This document shows positions 8,191-16,805 of a DNA stretch of 16,805 nt, piece by piece. Both the position numbers and the translations under genes were made by a program. The notes beneath the pieces were generated by a model. That model saw only the letters and a program-made list of their open reading frames with translations, did no database searches and was not told the origin of the DNA. Each line of letters opens with the position of its first letter. Within the stretch, counting starts at the first letter, position 1. Source of the DNA: Myxococcota bacterium (lineage in GTDB: Bacteria > Myxococcota > JACRCW01); the NCBI GenBank assembly GCA_040752415.1, contig JBFMGU010000228.1, positions 1 through 16,805 on the forward strand, read 5' to 3'.

Positions 8191-9007
8191 CGCGCGCCTC
8201 CGTGACGACGGGCCCCGCTCTCGATGAACGCGCGCAGCGTGGCCGCCAGCGTGGGAATCAGCTTCTCGGCGAGGTCGGTGCGGTAGCGGAAGGGAAGGCC
8301 CTCATCCATGTACAGGCGCTGGCTCATCTCCAACTGCAACGCGTGCACATTCTCCGACGGACGACCGAAGTGCCGCGTGATGTACCCGCCCTTGTACGGA
8401 CGGTTCTTCTGGAAGGTGAATCCGCTCTGCTGGTGCACCGCGTAGACCGCGTCGGAGATCTCGGGAGCGGCGCTGGTGCCGTCGACGTCGCCAAGCATGA
8501 GCCCCGGGAGCGGTCCGTCCCACACGCTGGGCACCACGCTGGTGATGCTGTGCGCGTCGAACAGCAGGGCGTAACCCCATTTCGCCTTGATGCGCTGGAG
8601 CTCCTCGGTGAGGGCCGCGTGGTAGGGCTCCCAGCATTCCCGACGACGCTCCGCGATCTCGTCGGCGGTGGGCTCGGCGCCAGCGCGGTAGATGGGCACG
8701 CCGTGGAACGTGGCGGTGGGAACCAGCCCCGTCTCCTGACGGCCGGGGTAGAGCGGCGTGCTGTCGGGGGGACGGTTCAGGTCAATGACGTAGCGGCTGT
8801 AGCGCGCGCAGATGGTCCGGGCGCCCAGCGACGGAACGAACTCGTAGAGCTGGTGCAGGTGCCAGTCCGTGTCCGGCAGCATCTCGATGTCACGCGAGGC
8901 GAAGCGCGAGCTGATGGACGGCGGCACCTCCGTCCCCGTGTGCGGAATGCTGACGAGCAGCGGCACTTCCGGGGCCGTCGGCTTGCGCACGTAGAAGGGC
9001 TCATTCC

Positions 9008-9011
<4 letters not shown>
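8187..9011 (-). CDS. hutG: N-formylglutamate deformylase (amidohydrolase)
   Basis: SIPHTGT, DTDW, SRYVIDLNR, WEPYH, DAHSI, YKGGYITRHFG and HALQLEM. ATGA overlap with the hutF stop. Confidence 0.93.
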
Positions 9012-10426
<1,415 letters not shown>

Positions 10427-10502
10427 GACAGGGGCGTTTTCTCCCGCCGCGGGGTCGGCTGCCAACTGGAGAAGGCGGGGCAGGCGTGTCAGCATCGCAA
10501 GC

Positions 10503-11627
10503 ATGAAAGCTGCCGTGGGCGTTTCCCGTCACCTCGACCTGGAACGCGCGTGCCTGGACGCCACCGAGCAGGCGCTGCTTTCGCTCGGCAAGGAGACCGC
10601 GCCGGACCTGCTGTGGTGCGTGACGGTGGATCATCCCGTGGCAGGCATGGAGCACGCCGTGGCGGCCATGCAGAAGCGCAGCGGCGCGCGCGAGGTCCTG
10701 GCCAACACCGCCGCCGGTCTCTACGTGGCACCGCGCGCGCAGGAAGTGGAGGGGGAGCCCACCGTGGGCGTCATGCTCATCCACGGGGACCCGGAGCTGG
10801 ACATCTGGAGTGGTCGCACCCGCAGGCCCCCGTGGCGCGGACGTCCCACCGCCGTCCTCGTGGACCCCGACGCGGGCGCGGCCGGGACGCTCACCGCGGT
10901 GCAGGAGCTGGTGGACCCTGAGAGGCTTGCCGGCGGCGCCGCCATGGGCGTGGAGACCGACGCGCTGGTGCTGCATCACGGTGTTGGTGCGGTGGACCAC
11001 GCCGCGGTGGGGATGGGCGCGGGCGTGTGTGAGGTGGTGCTGGCGCAGGGCTGCGCGCCGCTGGGGGACGCGCTCACCGTCACCGCCGTCGACGGAAACC
11101 TGGTGCTGGAGCTGGACGGCGAGCCCGCGCTGGGCCGCATCCTGGAGCAGTTGGGGCCGCGGGAGCGGGCGGATGCGGCGCGGTCGTTGGCGCGGTGCAG
11201 CGTGGGTCTGGCCGAGGTGGGCGACGCGCAGGGAATCGTCGAGGGGCGTTACTGCGTGCGGCGACTGGTCGGCGTGGCGCCGGACATCGGGGCCATTGCG
11301 ATTGCGGAGGTGGCGCGCGTGGGCCAACCGCTGGCGCTGGTCCGCTCCGACGGGCCCCTGGCCGAGCGCGCGCTCAGCAACGCCGTCACGCGGCTCAAGA
11401 ACCGACTCGCCGGCGCCGTGCCGCGTGCTGCGCTGTATTTCTCGTGCGCGGGGCGGGGCAGGCGCATGTACGGGCGGCCCAACGTCGACGTGGAAGTGCT
11501 GCAGCGCGCGCTGCCACGCGTGCCCATCCTGGGAATGGCCAGTGGCTTCGAGCTGGGACCGGGTCGCTCCGGACCGAGCATGCACATGTTCAGCGGCGTG
11601 TTGATGGTGCTTGCGGAAGGAAGCTGA
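10503..11627 (+). CDS. Stand-alone FIST (N+C) domain protein
   Basis: Typical FIST features: AAG..EVEG...VGV, LAGGAA, AQGCAPLG..LTVT..DGN.V.ELDG.PA and YFSCAGRG...GMASGFELGP. There is no output domain. The start is taken at the ATG at 10503 (MKAAVGVS). Confidence 0.85.
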   Translation: MKAAVGVSRHLDLERACLDATEQALLSLGKETAPDLLWCVTVDHPVAGMEHAVAAMQKRSGAREVLANTAAGLYVAPRAQEVEGEPTVGVMLIHGDPELDIWSGRTRRPPWRGRPTAVLVDPDAGAAGTLTAVQELVDPERLAGGAAMGVETDALVLHHGVGAVDHAAVGMGAGVCEVVLAQGCAPLGDALTVTAVDGNLVLELDGEPALGRILEQLGPRERADAARSLARCSVGLAEVGDAQGIVEGRYCVRRLVGVAPDIGAIAIAEVARVGQPLALVRSDGPLAERALSNAVTRLKNRLAGAVPRAALYFSCAGRGRRMYGRPNVDVEVLQRALPRVPILGMASGFELGPGRSGPSMHMFSGVLMVLAEGS

Positions 11628-12374
11628 TCACCAGCCGATGTGGTGCAGCCGGCCCACCTGGCTCTTGCGGTAGAACGCGCACAGGTCCGCCAGCGCCCGG
11701 CTGTGTCGACGAGAATGCAGGTAGTCCCGCTCCAGGCGACGGCAGTACCGCTGCGCCAGCCGCGACGCGGTGACGTAGCGCTCCACCTGCTCGGTGCGGA
11801 GGTGCTCGGCCAGTGCGTAGCTCTGGAACAGCACGCGTTGCAGCTCACCGGGGTCCGGCGCGGCCCGCGCGTCGACGAGGGAAACCGAAGCGCGTGGCTC
11901 CTCTCCCTCGGCGGTGAGCGTGATGGCATGCACCCACGGGCTGAGCCGCGCCACCACGTACTTGTCCACCTCCGCCTGCAGCTCCAATTCCAGCTCGGTG
12001 ACCGGCTGCTCCGCCTGCGCGCGGTGGCTCATCAGCAGGAAGTGGCTCACACCCTCCAGTGCCACGCAGAAATCCCCGAACTGCTCGGTGCTGAGCGCCA
12101 GCCCGTCGTCACGCACGCAGTCGCTCACCGCCTGGCGCGCGCGCTCATCCAGGTACACGGCCAGGGACACCTCGTGACCGTCATCCAGGACGAACACCTC
12201 TTCCCGCGCGCCGGTGCGCGGCGTGATGGCGCCACAACTGGCGAGCGCCTGCAGCCCGTCCTCATCCACCAGGAACGGCGTGACGGCGGGCGGCTCCTCC
12301 ACCGCGTAGATGCGCGCCAGCATGCGGCAGAGCTTTTCCAACGCTTCCAGGTGGGCCTGGTGCGGCTCGCTCAT
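11628..12374 (-). CDS. Hypothetical protein, 248 aa, with EGVSH and ELELQAEVDKY motifs
   Basis: The protein-like part of ORF 11628..12914 begins at MSEPHQ (ATG at 12374), which overlaps the upstream stop (ATGA). Composition is that of a normal globular protein. Confidence 0.8.
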   Translation of the reverse strand: MSEPHQAHLEALEKLCRMLARIYAVEEPPAVTPFLVDEDGLQALASCGAITPRTGAREEVFVLDDGHEVSLAVYLDERARQAVSDCVRDDGLALSTEQFGDFCVALEGVSHFLLMSHRAQAEQPVTELELELQAEVDKYVVARLSPWVHAITLTAEGEEPRASVSLVDARAAPDPGELQRVLFQSYALAEHLRTEQVERYVTASRLAQRYCRRLERDYLHSRRHSRALADLCAFYRKSQVGRLHHIGW

Positions 12375-12988
12375 TGCTCGGCACCGCCGGGCGGGATGAC
12401 GCCACGCTTGCGCAGCCGGGCGCCCACCTTGGCGCTCCCCGTCTTGAGCCACTTCTCGTAGAGCTTCAGCACCGCCTTGGAGCTGTCGCTCATGCCGGGA
12501 TTCTGGTCCGCCATCTCGCTGAGCAGCTCCACCAGCGTCTCGAACTTCCGGCCCAGCTCGTCGTAGATGGGGCCGCGCGCGTCGCTCCAGCGGATCATGA
12601 GCGAGCTCAGCTCCGTGTACGCGCTGCCGCCCATGGTGACGTAATAGTCCACGTCGACGTTCTGCCGCTCCAGCGCGTCCTGGAAGAACCCGCCGATGTA
12701 CAGGCTGCTGTCGCCCAGGTGCTTGAGCAGGCGCGCGCGCTCGTCGGGATCCGCCTCCACGGCGCGGGCCTTCAGCTCCGCCAGCGGCACCAGCTCGCGC
12801 TTGCGCGCGTCGTCGCTGGGGAGGAAGAGCCGCTCGGCTTCCGTGAAGTCCGAGAGCACATTCACCACGTAGAAGCTGGCCGGCTCCGTCAGGCGCACCT
12901 TCCGCACCGCGCACAGCTCATCCAACTGCTCCTTGAAATACCCCTTCACGCTGGTGTGGCTCAGAATTCCGGGCGCTTCGTGACTCAT
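12371..12988 (-). CDS. Hypothetical alpha-helical protein, 205 aa
   Basis: The ATG at 12988 (MSHEAPG) is preceded by GAGGAG. Motif LGD.SLYIGGFF...DYYVTMGGSAY. Third codon positions are GC-rich. Confidence 0.85.
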   Translation of the reverse strand: MSHEAPGILSHTSVKGYFKEQLDELCAVRKVRLTEPASFYVVNVLSDFTEAERLFLPSDDARKRELVPLAELKARAVEADPDERARLLKHLGDSSLYIGGFFQDALERQNVDVDYYVTMGGSAYTELSSLMIRWSDARGPIYDELGRKFETLVELLSEMADQNPGMSDSSKAVLKLYEKWLKTGSAKVGARLRKRGVIPPGGAEQ

Positions 12989-13046
12989 CTGAACGTGACT
13001 CCTCAGGTTGGTCCCAAACGCATCCTGCTGCGTCGCCTCGACCCAA

Positions 13047-13075
13047 ATCGTACGGACGCAACCCGTTCGTTTCCA
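13047..13075 (-). promoter_or_regulatory. Possible sigma70-type promoter for the hypothetical gene pair
   Basis: Minus strand TGGAAA-N17-TACGAT (4/6 and 4/6 matches to consensus), about 60 nt upstream of the ATG at 12988. Confidence 0.35.
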
Positions 13076-13311
13076 CTTCAATGTTCCGCGTCCGGACGCG
13101 GAGATCACCCTCCGGGCACACCCGGCCGCGGCTGGCATCCGGTGCGCGACGGATCCGACCATGCGCTGACACCCGCTGCCCGCAGACGACCCGCGCAGCG
13201 CGCGCGAGAAAACGCGAGAAAGGACGAGCAGACCGCCGCCACCCGCCTTCGAGGCGCCCACCGCTGCCGCTCAAGGCCGTTCGTTCGGATTCTCCCAATG
13301 GTTTCAATGCT

Positions 13312-13338
13312 CTGGCACTCACCGGTTGAGAGTGCTAA
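13312..13338. promoter_or_regulatory. CIRCE element (HrcA operator)
   Basis: CTGGCACTC-ACCGGTTGA-GAGTGCTAA against the consensus TTAGCACTC-N9-GAGTGCTAA, 67 nt upstream of groES. Confidence 0.93.
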
Positions 13339-13405
13339 TAGGCCGCACCCTTTTTCCCCATCCACGGGCGCCAACCAACGCGCCCCCTGATCAAGGAGAG
13401 GCCCC

Positions 13406-13696
<291 letters not shown>

Positions 13697-13719
13697 AGCG
13701 CCCGCGGAACAACTCCTGA

Positions 13720-15435
<1,716 letters not shown>

Positions 15436-15458
15436 GCGGCTGAAAGCTCTCACTGCCT

Positions 15459-15506
15459 CACAAGGGCCCTCGCTGACCTCACGGTGGCGGGGGCCTTTGT
15501 GTTTGT
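15459..15506 (+). terminator. Intrinsic terminator of groESL, probably also ending the convergent vapBC transcript
   Basis: CACAAGGGCCCTCGC...GCGGGGGCCTTTGTG stem with G-U pairs, followed by TTTGT. Confidence 0.8.
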
Positions 15507-15555
15507 GCGACGCCCTCCCCAGTGGGCGACAAGTCCCTTGCGTTCGGCCTTGGGC

Positions 15556-15924
15556 CTACCTGACCCCAACGCCCAGTTCTTGCGCCGCCGCTTCCAGGCG
15601 CGCATCCGCGCTCCATAAGCGCAAGTTGCCAACCACCGCGGACGCGAGCAGGTGGACGTCGATCCAGCCCAGGCCCAACCCGTTCAGGCGCCGGTGGCGC
15701 ACGAAGGTCACCACCTCATGGTGTGGCACCGTGGACGCCTGGTGCATCGAGGCGTAGTCCGCGAGGAGACGCGTGCGCCCGCCGCGATCTCCGACCAGCA
15801 GTTCGCCGTAGACGAGCTCGTGCCCCACCACCTCGTTTTGTCGCAGGTGGAGATCCAGGCGCGACGCAAACGGCTCGCGGCCGGCGAGAAACCGGATCCA
15901 GATGGACGTATCGACGATGATCAT
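15556..15924 (-). CDS. vapC: VapC-family PIN-domain toxin
   Basis: 122 aa with PIN acidic residues in IIVDTS, YGELL, GWIDVHLLAS and WSAD. ATGA overlap with the antitoxin gene. Confidence 0.9.
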   Translation of the reverse strand: MIIVDTSIWIRFLAGREPFASRLDLHLRQNEVVGHELVYGELLVGDRGGRTRLLADYASMHQASTVPHHEVVTFVRHRRLNGLGLGWIDVHLLASAVVGNLRLWSADARLEAAAQELGVGVR

Positions 15925-16139
15925 CGTGCCGCACGGCCCTTGCGGGCGGGCTTCTCCCGTCGCCGTGGCACATCGTCCGCCGTGGGCTCGACGCCACGCA
16001 GGGCGCGGAGCCGTTCATACGATGCCGCCCGTACCAGCGCCTCCAGCCCCAGCCGCACCGTGTCGGTGTCCGTACGGGCCCCGCACGCGGCCCTGGCGTC
16101 ACGGAGCAGGTTTTCATCAATGTGCAGGGTCTTCTTCAT
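15921..16139 (-). CDS. vapB: VapB-family antitoxin (RHH-like N-terminus), 72 aa
   Basis: MKKTLHIDENLLRDARAACGARTDTDTVRLGLEALVR gives a beta strand followed by two helices. It lies directly upstream of vapC and is coupled to it. Confidence 0.85.
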   Translation of the reverse strand: MKKTLHIDENLLRDARAACGARTDTDTVRLGLEALVRAASYERLRALRGVEPTADDVPRRREKPARKGRAAR

Positions 16140-16146
16140 ATGGATC

Positions 16147-16175
16147 AATCTACCATCCTGATACTTCCCTTCCAA
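16147..16175 (-). promoter_or_regulatory. Sigma70-type promoter of vapBC
   Basis: Minus strand TTGGAA-N17-TAGATT with an extended -10 (TGn). The -10 box ends 7 nt before the vapB ATG. Confidence 0.65.
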
Positions 16176-16308
16176 CCAGCCCGTCCGTCCGTGGGCCGCG
16201 GTCGTTGCGCACGTCACCGCGCGTGAAAACCGAGCGGAACGCCGGGTTGTCGCTGAGTTGCGGATGAATTCCTGCCGGAGCGCTGGTGGTGCCGGAGCAG
16301 GGGCGACG

Positions 16309-16805
16309 TCAGGTCTTGGGAACGGCCTTCAGGATGGCCTTCCCGTCCTTGATGACGACCTTGAACTCCACGCTCTTGGCGTTGTGCTGCTGCTTGATCA
16401 CCGGCACCTGCTTGTTCAGCTGGTTGCGCAGCGTGTCGAAGTCGGTGGCGCTGGTGTCGCCCACTTTCTTCTTGGCTTCCGCAAGCGTGCTGGCAATGCG
16501 GCGCACGTAGTCGTCGGAGAGGGCGGCCGGTTGCGCGGCGGCGGCGGGGCGCTGGATGGCCGGATTGCTGACGGGGCGCGCGCCCGCAGGTGGGGCGCCG
16601 GGGGCCGCGGGACGTGGTGCACCGGGTGCCGCGCCGGCGCCAGGGGCCACGGCGGGACGGGCGATGCCGGGGTTGCTGACGGGACGCGCCCCCGCGGGAG
16701 GCACGCCAGCGACGGGAGCGGGCGCACCAGGACGCGGCGCACCGGGAGCGGCGCCAGCACCGGGGGCCACGCCGGGACGGGCGATGCCGGGGTTGCTGAC
16801 GGGGC
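16309..16805 (-). CDS. 3' part of a Pro/Ala-repeat protein ending in a domain resembling the myxobacterial MXAN_5187 C-terminal domain
   Basis: Open to the right edge of the window. The low-complexity linker is followed by LSDDYVRRIASTLAEAKKKVG...KQVPVIKQQHNAKSVEFKVVIKDGKAILKAVPKT. The family name is from recall and was not checked by search. Confidence 0.75.
   Translation of the reverse strand, partial: PVSNPGIARPGVAPGAGAAPGAPRPGAPAPVAGVPPAGARPVSNPGIARPAVAPGAGAAPGAPRPAAPGAPPAGARPVSNPAIQRPAAAAQPAALSDDYVRRIASTLAEAKKKVGDTSATDFDTLRNQLNKQVPVIKQQHNAKSVEFKVVIKDGKAILKAVPKT
16553..16805 (-). repeat. Intragenic imperfect tandem repeat, at least 3 copies, periods 108 and 120 bp
   Basis: TTGCTGACGGG recurs at 16565, 16673 and 16793. 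The peptide unit is RPVSNPGIARPxVAPGAGAAPGAPRP. Confidence 0.85.

Noticed and set aside
12375..12914. Longer 428-aa version of the hypothetical protein
   Set aside because: The extension is an off-frame overlap of the upstream gene.
13325..13361. Sigma32-like promoter (TTGAGA ... CCCCAT) before groES
   Set aside because: The spacing of about 25 bp is far too long for sigma32.
16553..16805. Repeats as a CRISPR array
   Set aside because: They are in-frame coding repeats with related spacers and synonymous variation, and no cas genes are present.

Overview
High-GC window of largely housekeeping genes, probably from a myxobacterium or related deltaproteobacterium. That assignment is inferred from the pilin type, the sigma54 system and an MXAN_5187-like C-terminal domain. 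Left to right: (1) two exported hypothetical genes on the minus strand, the first running off the left edge and missing from the ORF track; (2) maf-yggS-proC; (3) a type IVa pilin gene with a sigma54 promoter, tandem palindromic upstream sites and a terminator, divergent from pilD, which is translationally coupled to a sigma54 enhancer-binding protein lacking an N-terminal sensory domain; (4) a tightly coupled minus-strand operon hutF-hutG-(Zn HDAC-family deacylase)-(Sir2-family deacylase), divergent from a stand-alone FIST-domain gene; (5) a coupled pair of hypothetical genes divergent from CIRCE-groES-groEL; (6) a vapBC pair that looks leaderless; (7) the 3' end of a Pro/Ala-repeat protein. 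I saw no rRNA, tRNA, CRISPR array or transposase. The best candidates for undescribed systems are the pilA/pilD/sensor-less activator module, the hutFG plus dual-deacylase operon, and the hypothetical gene pair next to groES.
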